Source: Podarcis tiliguerta (taxonomy: Eukaryota). From it: a stretch of 64,000 bases of DNA. The DNA is taken from NCBI GenBank assembly GCA_965153285.1, contig OZ229111.1; one strand, given 5' to 3'. Position numbers and translations under genes: made by a program. Positions 1 to 12,180 of this stretch are shown in pieces (position 1 is the stretch's first letter; each line of letters starts with the position of its first letter). The notes below the pieces were generated by a model that ran no database searches, was not told the origin of the DNA, and saw only the letters and a list, made by a program, of their open reading frames with translations.

Positions 1-145
1 CACATATAGCGCATGAGCAAAACGTATCTGTGTGGCCTTTTGCTTGGTTCGTTCGTTATTATAAATGGAAGCATGTTGGAGAGTAAAGGTAAGTATCCTG
101 TTTGCACATGCACCTCTGGGGGTTGGGGGAGGGGAAAATCCTCTA

Positions 146-1032
146 CGGACCCTCCAAGCGTCCCTATTTTCCAGGGGAATGTCTCGTTTTTCCTTAGGAT
201 GTCCCTATTTTCACTGGAGAAATGTTGGAGGGTATGGAGTTATGCAACCCCCGAGCTAAGGAGATAAGTAACTATACAACCTTTAGCAGACATCTAAAGG
301 CATTAAAAATTTTTTTTTTTAAAAAAAACATATATAATTTTTATTAGTTTTTTTTAACGTATCATTTTCAACAGTAATTAAACATACTTCTACATCTTAT
401 TCAAATTTTTGACTTCCATCAATCCTATGTGAAAATTTTCCAATCTAATCTCTCAGTATGCATTTCTTATCTTCCCTATTACATTTCAAACTCATAACCA
501 ATATCTCTATCTTTTTCTACTTTGTAACACTTTGTATATTTCTCCTTACAAAACGTCTTGTAGTCCTACTAGCATACTTTGTTGATTACAGTTGCTCTTC
601 AAATAATTCATATACTCCTTCCAATCTTCTGTAAATCTCTGGTCCCGCAGGTTTCGAATCCTTCCTGTCATTTTGTCCAATTCTGCATAGTCCATTAATT
701 TCGTCTGCCATTCTTCTTTCGTCGGAATTTATTCTTGTTTCCATTTCTGGGCTAACAATACTCTTGCCGCAGTTGTTGCATATAAAAACAATTTAACATC
801 TTGCCTATTAATATCCTGACCTATAATACCAAGTAAAAATGCTTCTGGTGTTTTTTTAAAAAAATGTATATTTCAATGTTTAATATTTTTATTATGTTTT
901 TATATATGTTGGAAGCTGCCCAGAGTGGCTGGGGCAACTCAGTCAGATGGGTGGGGTATAATAGTAGTAGTAGTAGTAGTAGTAATAGAATAGGATGTCA
1001 CTGTTTCCATCAGAGAATTGTTGTAGGTTATG
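146..1032 (+). mobile_element. Chimeric non-autonomous DNA transposon (TIR CA[G/T]ACCCTCCAA) with captured L2 3' end, copy A, interrupted by an L1
   Basis: Left end CGGACCCTCCAA at 146; right-end unit at 195-236 repeated at 991-1032; L2 tail between them; same architecture as 21580-21947. Confidence 0.7.
310..857 (-). mobile_element. 5'-truncated L1-clade LINE (ORF2 C-terminus plus 3' UTR)
   Basis: Minus strand reads KKTPEAFLLGIIGQD...LFLYATTAARVLLAQKWKQE*IPTKEEW...DWKEYMNYL (one premature stop), AATAAA at 345-340, A-tail near 320-310, inserted at a TTTT/AAAA site. Confidence 0.75.
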
Positions 1033-1499
1033 TCCTCATCGAGAGCTCAAAAGTGGCCATGTGACACCACCCTAGCCAGGTCTCCACCCATACAAGTAGA
1101 AGCCGGCAACACCTGGATTCCAGGGTGTTGGCTCGTGTGTAAAGACCTTAAGTGACTTATTAATAGCACCAGATAAATTAAGTACCTCGTAGGAGGGAGT
1201 CACCGTCAACTAGGAAGGTGCCCACAAGCTTAGTAATGGCTACCTTTGAAGTGATGCAAGAATGATTATTACAGAGCAGCAGACAAACTTAATGGGGCCA
1301 TTTCAGGCAGAAATGCTCCCTTTCCCCAGTTCAGCGTTGGCTTGTGGGAGAGCCAATAAAAACAAGTGTAGCTCCCTTTCCAGTCTACCCTCTTATAAGG
1401 GTAGCTCAGGGGTGGAGAACCCTGGGCCCTCCAAAAGCTGCCGGACTACTCCTCTCATTCTTCTTGTCCACTGGCCGTGCTGGGATGGGACTGATGGGA

Positions 1500-1605
1500 A
1501 CTGATAGCTCAGCTGATCCCCATATGGGGCAGCTGCATATTCTTGCATCAGAGGGGGTTGGACTAGATGATCCTCGGGATCCCTTCCAACTCTATGACTC
1601 TATAA
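1500..1605 (+). mobile_element. tRNA-Ile/CR1-tail SINE with internally deleted head
   Basis: ATAGCTCAG fused to ATCCCCATATGGGGCAGCTGCATATT, then the CR1 tail GGGGGTTGGACTAGATGA...CCAACTCTATGACTCT. Confidence 0.6.
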
Positions 1606-3227
1606 GATATGGAGAACGACAGGTTACCCATCCCAGCTCTACCTTCATTTCTAAGACCCAGCTGTCAACTCAAAATAGGAATGGGTTTTTTTTTTTAAAT
1701 GGAAAGGCAGCTTATAAATGTTAATAACTAAATCAAAGTCTAACAACATACTGCTCCATTGTGAAATTCGCAGCTTATAGGCTTAATCGATCTGATCAAA
1801 CCTTTCAACCATCTGCCTGCCCTTCAGGTTGTGAGTTGTGAGTGGGAGAGAAATCATTTCTTGTAAATGTTTCCATCTTGACCTGTACATCCTTTTTATT
1901 AGATGCGGACTTCTTTGCTGTGGTTATTAACATTTATCTGAAGAACACCTGATGCTGTGAGATTAGTAGTAAGGGCTGGGGGTTGAGAAGACGTTGGAGG
2001 GAAGAAATGCAGCTTCCTTGGTTTTAACCTCAGACATCAGATTTGAAAACTTAAGTTGGCTCTTTGTAGGAAAGGCCACTTCCTCAAGGGCCTGATTTAT
2101 CAGCTCATTGGCAGCAAAAGAATGTGCTTTTAAAGGGCCTGGTCCCACAGCCCCTTAGCCCTGAGGCCCTTGTGGTGGCATCCACTGGTATCACAGTGCC
2201 TTGAGACAGCCCTCTTGGAGTCGGTCAGAAGGCCCCACTGTCCCTTCCAGTCGTTTTAAAAAATACTTTTTGACCTGAGGATTTGTTTGGCTGGAATTGC
2301 TTGGTTTGGGGGTGGGGTGGCCTGCTTTTTTATCCATGTTTTGTTTGTTTCAGGGTTTGTAGAAATTTGCCTGTTTTTCTTTGGAGAGGAGGTTCTGAGC
2401 ATCAGCAGTTTTTCTTTTGTGAAATTGCTATTGCGTCCTCAGTGCTTTCTTAGATTTCTCAACCACTGAGAAAGGTTGGCGATCCCTGTACAACCACCAT
2501 TGTTTTAAAGCAGACACCTTGGCTATTTTTTAGCCACCCCACAGCCTGAGGTAGCCGCTATATGACTAGAGCGTCCTACTTAAAGAAAGAAGAAGCTGTC
2601 ACTGATTTTGGAAGGAGCGAGGGTGGCCTGCTTAGCACAGCATAGTTGTCAAGCAAACCAACATAGCAACCATCCGATCCGGCAAATGGAGGAGATGCAT
2701 GTAGTTTGATGGTTTGCGTTTGCTGCTTGCAAGTTAAAGCGAAGACATAATTGCTTCCGCGAGAAGATAATTATTTTAATAAAATTCATTTAGCACAGAT
2801 GCGTCTCAGTGAGGCAGCCTGATAGGAACAAAACATAGCAGTTTGTCAGGGAAAAAAGAGAAATTGTCTTTGCTTGATCTTTCCCCCATTCTTCTCATAG
2901 AGTCATAGAAGTGTAGGAAGGCATCTCCCAAAAGCCATCCAGCCCAACTCCCTGCAATGCAAGAATCACAGCTAAATAATAAAAATGATAATAATTGTTA
3001 TTTATTAAATTTGTAAACTGCCATTCCTCTGAAGATTGCAGGGCAGTTCGCAGCATGAAAATAGAAAATGAGAACACACAAAAAATACATTTAACAAACC
3101 AACCAACCTTCCCCCCCCACACACACATTTTAAGGGACGCAGAATGTTTAATCAGCCCAAAGCCTGGTTATCAACAAACATTTTTACCTGGTGCCTAAAT
3201 ACATGCCAGGCAATCTTCCCTGGGGAG

Positions 3228-3422
3228 TAAAGGTAAAGGGACCCCTGACCATTAGGTCCAGTCGTGGCCGACTCTGGGGTTGCGGCGCTCATCTCGCTTT
3301 ATTGGCCAAGGGAGCTGGCGTACAGCTTCCGGGTCATGAGGCCAGCATGACTAAGCCGCTTCTGGTGAACCAGAGCAGTGCATGGAAACACCGTTTTCCT
3401 TCCCGCCGGAGCGGTACCTATT
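3228..3422 (-). mobile_element. Sauria SINE (Squam1), 5'-truncated
   Basis: Near-identical to the 3' half of the full-length copies; (ACCTTT)n tail. Confidence 0.85.
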
Positions 3423-3934
3423 CACACACACACACACACCTGCAGGAAGCCAGACAGACTGCAAACTCCCTACCCCTGACCTAAAGGCCACAACCCTAAA
3501 CTTAAATCCCTTTAAATCAATAGGACCTACTTCTGGGTAAGGGATTAGGAAAGGCTGTTTGTGATGAAGATTGCACAGGATTAAAAGACAGTGAAGAGAT
3601 GGCTTTCATAGTACATTTTTAGAGTCAAAGGAGCATTCATATAATCAAAGAATCACAGAATTCAACAGTTGGAAGGGACTCCAAGGGTTATCTAGTCCAA
3701 CCCCTTGCATTGCAGGAATTCCTGCAAGTTATGTTCCATGCTTTGATGCCCATGGGCACAACACAGTTGTAACACCAGGCTATGAGGAACAGACTCCCTT
3801 GCTACCTCCCTCCCTTGTATATTTTGAGCCATTTGCTCCATTGCTCTGTGAACAAGACATCTGCAAGCTGATTAGGGCTGCAACCTTGTTACAAGGGAGT
3901 ATGCCCCATTGGCCGTAGTGGGACTTCTCAGTAA

Positions 3935-4630
3935 GTCATTTTGGACTCACAGCTGTCCATGAAGGCGCAGGTTAATTCTGTGTCCAGGGCAGCTGTCTAC
4001 CAGCTCCACCTGGTACACAGACCCTACCTGCCCACAGACTGTTGCGCCAGAGTGGTGCATGCTCTCGTTATCTCCCGCTTGGACTACTGCAATGCGCTCT
4101 ACGTGGGGCTACCTTTGAAGGTGACCCGGAAACTGCGGCAGCTAGACTGGTGACTGGGAGTGGCTGCCAAGACCATATAATACCGGTCCTGAGAGATCTG
4201 CATTGGCTCCCAGTACGTTTCCAAGCACAATTCAAAGTCTTGGTGCTGACCTTTACAGCCCTAAATGGCCTCTGCCCAGTATACCTGAAGGAGCGTCTCC
4301 ACCCCCGTTGTTCAGCCCGGACACAGATCCAGTGCCGAGGGCCTTCTGGCAGTGCCCTCATTGCGAGAATTGAGGTTATAGGGAACCAGACAGAGGGACT
4401 TCTCAGTAGCGGCGCCCGCCCTGTGGAACGCCATCCCATCAGATATCAAAGTAATAAACAACTATCTGATGTTTAGAAGACATCTGAAGGCAGCCCTGCT
4501 TAGGGAAGTTTTTAATGACTGATGTTTTAATGTATTTTTAATCTTTTGTTGGAAGCCGCCCAGAGTGGCTGGGGAAACCCAGCCAGATGGACGGGATATA
4601 AATAATAAATTATTATAATATTATTATTAT
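3935..4630 (+). mobile_element. L2 LINE 3' fragment (ORF2 C-terminus, frameshifted) with (TAT)n tail
   Basis: VHALVISRLDYCNALYVGLP and HIIPVLRDLHWLPVRFQAQFKVLVL motifs; 3' end GGAAGCCGCCCAGAGTGGCTGGGG...ATAAATAATAAATTATT. Confidence 0.88.
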
Positions 4631-4849
4631 AAGCATGCATAGGATTCCAGTGTATGTTCATGATTCGTTATCTTGACTTCTGCACACCAGTTGGACAAAC
4701 CACTCTTCCAAAACTAAAGTCAACCAAGGTGAATTCCTGGAACATTAAAGCATTCCACATCAAAACAAAAAACAAACCAGCCCATGGGTTGAAGCTGTAA
4801 AACTTGTTTCATGACAACACTTGTAAAATATTTCCCCATTCAAAGCCAG

Positions 4850-5625
4850 TAAGGCAAGTTACAAGAAAGGAGATTCCGACTAAATACCAGGAAGTGATAT
4901 CTGACAGTAAGAGCTGTTTGGCAGTGGGACAGACTCCCTCTGGAGGTGGTGAACTCTCCTTCCTTGGAGGTTTTTAAGCAGAGATTGGATGGCCATCTGT
5001 CATGTATGATCTAGTTCAGAGTCCTGCATTGCAGGGGGTTGGCCTAGATTAGGGTTACCAGACTTTCCTGTTTCCTGGGGACAGTCCCCGGATTTGCAAA
5101 TCTGTCCCTGGACAAATTCCTTCCCTGGAATGTCCCCAGATTTGCAAATCTGTCCCTGGGAAATGTGGCAGTGGCAGCCTCAGCAACCCGGAGCCAGTCT
5201 GGTAGCGCAGTTGGCTCTGGCTGGCTTCAGGAGTTGCTTGCTGCCGTGGCGCCCGCCATTTTTCCTTGCCGGAAATCCCCATATGATGTGTCTTGTGCAC
5301 ATATGATGTGTCTTGTGAGATCTCTTGCCTCTTTTGTTTTGACTGATCAGGGGAGGCTTGGGAGTCATGGGCGGGCATCCGTTGCCCAGTTTTTTAAAAA
5401 CTCTGTGCATTTATGTTTCACGGGGTGCGAAAGAAGGACTTTGCACCTTTAAACAATGTGCATGTATGCTTGGGCCCAGGGTCTTTTGCCACACCATCTC
5501 CACTACTGACTCCCTGTTGCTACTCAGCTTTAAAAAAAAAAAAAAGTGTCCCCAGATTCATTGAAAAAAATCTGGTAACCATAGCCTAGATGACCCTTGG
5601 GACCCTTTCCAACCCTTAGAATTCT
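4850..5625 (+). mobile_element. CR1 LINE 3' end, split by a hAT insertion at 5050-5583
   Basis: TCTCCTTCCTTGGAGGTTTTTAAGCAGAG...CCTGCATTGCAGGGGGTTGG|...|GATGACCCTTGGGACCCTTTCCAACC...ATTCT. Confidence 0.8.
5050..5583. mobile_element. hAT (Blackjack-like) non-autonomous element
   Basis: TIRs TAGGGTTACCAGA / TCTGGTAACCATA; perfect 8-bp TSD GCCTAGAT (5042-5049, 5584-5591); internal direct repeats. Confidence 0.85.
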
Positions 5626-8331
5626 ACAAGAACTGCTGCTGATGTGTGGAAGGTCAGAAAACATTATTAGCTAGCAGGGATGGAGGAGGTGGAACCACAG
5701 TGTTGTACAGGTACCTCCTAGAATAGCAAACCCCTTCAGAAAGAAATCACTAATAGGAAACCTGCCACAATCATTCATCTGCCTAGGTAGCGAAACAGTG
5801 AAAACAAAATTAGTTCTCCTAATGAAGAAACCACTGCCTTTGACTTACTAGCTGCAGAATATTTATCAGTCACATCTGAGCTACCCCTTCAAAGGCCTCT
5901 ATTACATACCTATTTTTTTCACTATACTTATGGTGACCAAGGAGTGGAATGCCAATAATAGATATCCTGTTTGGAGTGACCACAATTATAATCAAGTATT
6001 AGTCATGATAGTTATGATTAATACAATATATTGGAAAGCATTTCCATGACCTAAGGTGATCACATGGCATCATTGACTGTAGTAGCATTTTATCATTGGT
6101 GTTATACCATTGGTAATGTTCTTACTAGACAATTAATTATGGCCCTTTTACTTTGTCATCAGAAAGCTGTTGTGAAGATTGCAATGAAACTAATATACTG
6201 TACACCAATGAAATTAATATGCACCAAGGCCAGTTCAGAGAGTTGTTCAAATAATATTCCTAGGGCATCTTGAGAATTTTTAACATCAAAACTCATAAAA
6301 TAAAAATTTGTGGAAGCTTTATAATACACCAGAGATAACCCAAAAGTAGCCTGCAGTGTGGATTTGGCAGTAGGTGGGGGCTGTGGAAATCCAAGCAAAT
6401 ATTTAATTGAGCTGTCATGTAAAAAAACAAAACAAAACACAGAGACCGGCTGATAGTTTCACTTGCAATTGTTGTCATCAAAAGTTGTGTGTGTCTTTGT
6501 ATCTCATGCCCATGGCAAACCCATATGCCCCACACCTACAAAATTCCCAGAGTTATCTGGTCCAAACTTCATTGTATATCTTGATTCAGTTGCAAGTATA
6601 TCTTGACTTGAGCTTCCAGCCTCCTTCCTCTTCACTGTCTGGAGAACAGCATCACCCAGGAGGATGCAGAAGGTGAGGGGCCGCCTCTTAGCAACACAGC
6701 ATGCGCTTTTGATGGAAGGGGTCCTAGAGAGCTGCTGCCAGTCACTGTACAGGCAACCCTGAGCTAGATGGCGACAGATGATCTTACTCGGTTCAAGACA
6801 ACTTTCTCTGTACGGAATTATTTAGACACTGTAAGGTAACAAGGCTAGTTCAGGCAGTATGTTTTCCTTGGTAAATTGCACCAACCTTCCTATTTCCCTC
6901 ATGAGTGCGCTTGAAAGAATTACTGTTAGCAACGTATGTCAGAAACGTGTAAACCTGGTTTTCTAGTTCCAAGACTGTGGGAATGCCTGCAGCCTTGAAC
7001 CGGATGCTTTCGAATAAACACGCCAGTTGCTCACATGAGTGCATACCGAGGAATACACAGGAAGGTTCATGCTAGTGAAAATTAAAACCACCAAAGGCAG
7101 TCCTTAAGCTTTAGCAAGCCAAGGTTGCCCCCCTTCCATTTTGAATGGCAAGGTCACAACACCATGGTTTGGTTCATTCGCTAATGTGTAATTAGTGATT
7201 ACACAAACATAATGTAATGGCAATGACAGTGAATGCAATGTGTGGCACACTGCTAATTTAGCTTCTCCTATTATTTAGGACATCATGTGCAATACAGCTT
7301 TCAAAGTGCCTACACACCAGGCCATCTTGTGGCACAATGGGTTGGCGTGTCTGGCTATGATTCTGTGACCTCTATGATAATGTGGGCAGTTGCTTGTAGA
7401 TGTGCAGTTAAACATGTTGTAGTGAAAGCTGTGCTCTTCCTATTCATTGAACAGATGAAGCCTCCTTTCACTGTGTCAGATTGTTGCTACATCTTCCTTA
7501 GCATCACCTATGTTGGCTGGCAGTGGCTCTCAAAGCCCATGGCAAGAGGCCTTCCCCAGCCATGCCACCTCAAGATCATTTAACTGGAGAGGCTGGTGGA
7601 GCCGAATTTGGGGTCTGAGCTGAAAGGCACCTATACAGCAAGGGCGAATGGTCATTGTGCTCACTGGGGTTAAATACAAAAACACTCGCTACAGTGGTTT
7701 GTAGATTCTACTAGGAGCTGTTTGCTCAACTGCAAATAACTGAACCCATGTTTCTCAGGCCAATGGGAAAGGATGGTATCTCTCTCAGGGATCATAGGTC
7801 CCCACTGCTCTCTCAATTAAGCTTTCATTTAATTCATATTATTTTTGTTGCTTTTTGCAGCAATAATAATATTTAAAAAAAGAAAGCTCAGAGCAGCAGG
7901 ATTCTGTACCTCTCCTCCTCACTGGACAGTGGGGGCACAATTTTGGGAGGAGATGGGGTCCTCTTCTGACATTTCAGCAACAGTAATACAGCTCTGAGGC
8001 TGCTAAGTCCTGCAGCGGTATATTCAAGCGCAGCATTTCAATGAATCAACAGAAACGGCGGCTGACTGCCCTAGGACTGACCGGCTCATTGGTGTCTTTG
8101 GAAAAAGACGAGCCTCCTGACGGTTATAACCCGAACAAACATCCCTCTGCTCCTTATTAGGGGCTGCAGCTGCCGGAGCATAATTCATTACAGATTTGCC
8201 AGCCAGCAATAAAAGGTGTGTGAGAGAGTGTATGCGCCCCAAAAACTACAGTCATGAGTTGCACAAGAGGAGAAACACAGGCCAAGCACTCTCTGGTGCT
8301 CCTTATTCTTCTGTACTCTGAAACTCCTGTA

Positions 8332-8836
8332 CACTGGTACCTTGGTTCTCAAACGCCTTGGTACTCAAACAACTTGGAACCCAAACACTGCAAACCAGGA
8401 AGTGTGTGTTCTGGTTTGCGAACTTTTTTTGGAAGCTGAACGTGCTCCGTTTTGAGTGTTACGCTTCCGATTTGAGTGCCACACTTCCATTTTGAGTGTT
8501 ATGCTGAGGTCTGTCTGCTTTTGCTATTTATTTTTGTTTTTGTGGCTCTTTTTTTGTGTGTGACTTTGTGAAACCCAGCTCAGCTGATTGATGGATTGAC
8601 TGATTGATTGTGTGACTGCAGCACATTGTTTATTGCTTTCATTTTATGGATCAATGGTCTCGTTAGATAGTAAAATTCATGTTAAATTACTGTTTTAGGG
8701 GTTATTTTTCAAAGTCTGGAACGGATTAATCCATTTTGCATTACTTTCTATGGGAAAGCGAACCTTGGTTTTGGAACGCGTTGGTTTTGGCATGGACTTC
8801 CAGAACGGATTAATTTTGAGAACCAAGGTACCACTG
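8332..8836. mobile_element. Tc1/mariner (Tigger-like) MITE
   Basis: TA|CACTGGTACCTTGGTTCTC...GAGAACCAAGGTACCACTG|TA. Confidence 0.85.
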
Positions 8837-10139
8837 TACTCTGCAAGAACAGATATGAATGTTGTCACTCAGTGTGACAACAGTGTCTCAAAAGAAGAAG
8901 TGTCGGTGCCAGCTGTCTGAGCGAGGGCTATAGGCCCCACCCCCAGGGACTTGGAACATTGGGTGGCCTGGGTTTTGCTGTCAGCTCAGACTCCTCAGAC
9001 CATCTCTGTCATCTCCTCATAGTGTCAGAGGGCTGAGCTTAGGGAGCTGAGTTCAAGTTCCTCTCTCAGTTAGGCCACAGATTCATCACACAAAGTTTCC
9101 AGGGAGAGCCGACTAGGTTGGACATCCGTAACATGGGAGCAACTGTGGCCTGTTGTTGTGATGAGAAAGAAAATGTTGTTACAACTCCCAAGTCTTAAGG
9201 GCGGAATGACGACTTCAGAGAGGAGAAAGCCAAATACAATGATGGTAGAAAAGTTGTAGGTCTGAGCAAAGGTTCAGTCCCAGGCTTGTTTTCCACGCAA
9301 AGGAAAAAAGCACTTCTAATAGCTGTGAAGTAGAGGAAAGTTCGGCAGGGGAAGCTTTTCTTACTCCAGCTTAGCAAGCCGCACTTGCTGAAAAATTCCT
9401 CTTCCACAAAACTATTGTATGCCACTTAGATTTTTAAAAAATTATTACTAAAAAGTGAAGAGTTTAGAAATATTTTTTTAAATAAACTAATTTAAACTGC
9501 AGGCCTGCTGCTATTCTTTGCACCCATTCATCCTAGAGAGATAAAAGAGGAAGACAAAATAATTAAGTTAAATTGAGTCTTATGTTGCAGGTTGAGATCA
9601 AAGGTACGTAGATCCTGCCCTTGACAAGGTTGCAGATTTCTGCTTTAGACTAAAGCGTATGAAGTCACTTTCACAGCTAAAACAATAGAAGAAAAAGCTT
9701 AAGTGCTTAGTGTGAGCTGGGGATCCCCTAGTGTCGAGTACTGGAATCTGTTTCAGAAGCTGATGTTGCTCCCCCCCCCCGCCCCCCAGAACCCTGATCT
9801 TATCACACAGCAGAGCAGGCAGAAGGTTTTCCTATACAGTTGGTGCCTTTGTGCAATGAATGCACATTTGTGACTTCTTGTGACCAGCCCCTTCCTCTCC
9901 CTGCAATGTTGTGCTTCTGTTGTTCGAACAAGGCTTTTTCACAACCGCCAAAGGACAATGTTTTATAGCTGGGAGTGGGTGGGATGTTACTCTCCCCCCG
10001 CAAAACACTCCAAACCATTGCTATAGTGGTCGCTGGATAGAATACAATTCTGTGAGCGTTGTCGTCAATATATGGGGTATTGCCTGTGACTATACGTACA
10101 TTAGCAACAGCGACACAAACCCCTTCCCCAATACCTGTA

Positions 10140-10489
10140 AAGGTAAAGGGACCCCTGACCATTAGGTCCAGTCGTGACCGACTCTGGGGTTGTGGCACTC
10201 ATCTCGCTTTATTGGCTGAGGGAGCCGGCGTACAGCTTCCGGGTCACGTGGCCAGCATGACTAAGCCGCCTCTGGCGAACCAGAGCAGTGCACAGAAACG
10301 CCATTTACCTTCCCGCCGGAGCGGTACCTATTTATCTACTTGCACTTTGACGTGCTTTCGAACTGTTAGGTTGGCAGGAGCAGGGACAGAGCAATGGGAG
10401 CTCACCCTGTCGCAGGGATTCGAACCGCTGACCTTCTGATCGGCAAGTCCTAGGCTCTGTGGTTTAACCCACAGCACCACCCACATCCC
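10140..10489 (-). mobile_element. Sauria SINE, full length
   Basis: tRNA-like head with B box GGTTCGAATCC, (ACCTTT) tail; TSD CCAATACCTGTA on both sides. Confidence 0.92.
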
Positions 10490-11074
10490 TCCCCAATACC
10501 AATACCTGTACGAGTCTGCAAATTTCAAAAGTTTAAATAATATAAAAATTCCAGTGCCTGTGCGTGCTAACTTCTGGCATACACATCTACCCACATTTCA
10601 AAAACGAGGGAAGTGAGGAAACAGTGCTATAGAGATCACCCTTCAGCTATCCCCCACCCCATTAAATATGTGAGGATGGGGACATCATATTATTGGTGAA
10701 CCAAGGCTTGCTACGGTGTCACACAAAGGATAGGACAGGCCTGGGTCATGCTTCATTCCATGTTGCAGGCAAGTGCTGTGTTCTGTCTCCAGCGGCAAGC
10801 TGTTTGGTGGTGAAACTATCCCCTTCGTTCCCTATTAAAGCAATTAAAACCAGTTCAGCACACTTTCAGTAAGAAGGCACTCAATCCGAGAGGTCTCCAT
10901 ATTATCTACCACTGCAGGAGACAGATCTCTTTCTGGAGTTAGTCCTTCACCGGTTGTTTCACTAACAAACAAACAAAGATGATGCTTTATACCGAACCAC
11001 ACTATTGGCCCATCCAGTTCAACACTGCCTACTGTGGTTGGCAGCGCCTCTCTAAGACGTGAGGCAGGAATCAG

Positions 11075-11217
11075 ACAGCCGTAGCTCAGTTGGTAATGTG
11101 TGAGACTCTTAATTTAAGGGTCGTAGGTTTGAACCCCATGTTGGGCAAAAGATTCCTGCACTGCAGGGGGTTGGATTAGATGACCCTCGTGGTCCTTTCT
11201 AACTCTATAATTCTATG
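11075..11217 (+). mobile_element. tRNA-Lys(CTT)-headed, CR1-tailed SINE inserted in a Squam2-like SINE (about 10975-11260, minus)
   Basis: TAGCTCAGTTGGTA..TGAGA-CT-CTT-AA..GGGTCGTAGGTTTGAACCCCATGTTGGGC, then ATTCCTGCACTGCAGGGGGTTGG...TCTATAATTCT. Confidence 0.75.
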
Positions 11218-12180
11218 GGACCTTCTGCATGCAAAGCAAATGGCTTGGACATTGCGCCCCTGAACCTCATCAGTGCTCAAGATGCTATGCATTCTTTTTA
11301 AAGAGCCAACTGGTCGTGAAGGTCATGCTGGGTGGAAATCTGCAAGAGGTATAGAACGAACCAGATAGAAACTTCATAATCTGAGACGGCCTGTTTGTGA
11401 TTCCTGGGTGTGGTGTGGAAAAAACAAGTTATTAGGCTGTTGCATAACACTCTGCCTGAGTGTCCTTTCTAGGACACCTGGATAGACCATTGATGGGAGG
11501 CGAGTGCTGGACTTGACAAAGCTTTTAGTCAGGTCCAGCAAGGAAACCTTAGACGCTCTTGTGCTGCCGCTGTGAAAGAGTCAAACAGAATTAGGTTGAG
11601 GACTACAGTGGAGGGAGGTGTTGCCGTGGCCTTCCAAGTTGTGCTCATTTAACAGCCCCTCTTGCGGTACTCGGACTTACAGTTTCCTCACTCACGAGGG
11701 CTCAACAATTAAAGTAGTCATTCACTAGAGCAGAGGACCTAGGCTAGCACAGCATGTTCATTTATAGCACTGGGAGATGGCCATCTGCACAGAACGTACC
11801 GCTCACCTTTCCAATACAGCGAGATCATGTTCTCAGCTGCTGTAACGAAGCTCACTGTTAATGATTCCAGGAGCCCTGCGGCCTATAATTGTGGCACCCC
11901 TTACCGCCAGAGACTGAAGCATGAATCATCTCAAAGTTCAAGAAGAATTTAGGCGACTTCTCTTTGGAATTTGGCATCTTTTCTCCTTACGAAAGAGTGT
12001 GTGTAACAGGCAAATTAGTATAAGCAACATGGTGAAGCCTATGCCTGAGTGGGATTCATTGAGAAGACCGGAGCAGAAGGATTATTTAGGGTTAACATAC
12101 ATCCAGAATTTCCTGGAAACAGTGTCCAAGCAGAAATAGCTCAAAAATGTCATTTCTTTTTTTGTTAGATTTTTTTTTGT

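Noticed and set aside
10059-10439. Recurring peptide GVQLPGHVASMTKPLL... suggesting a gene family
   Set aside because: Antisense translation of Sauria SINE copies.
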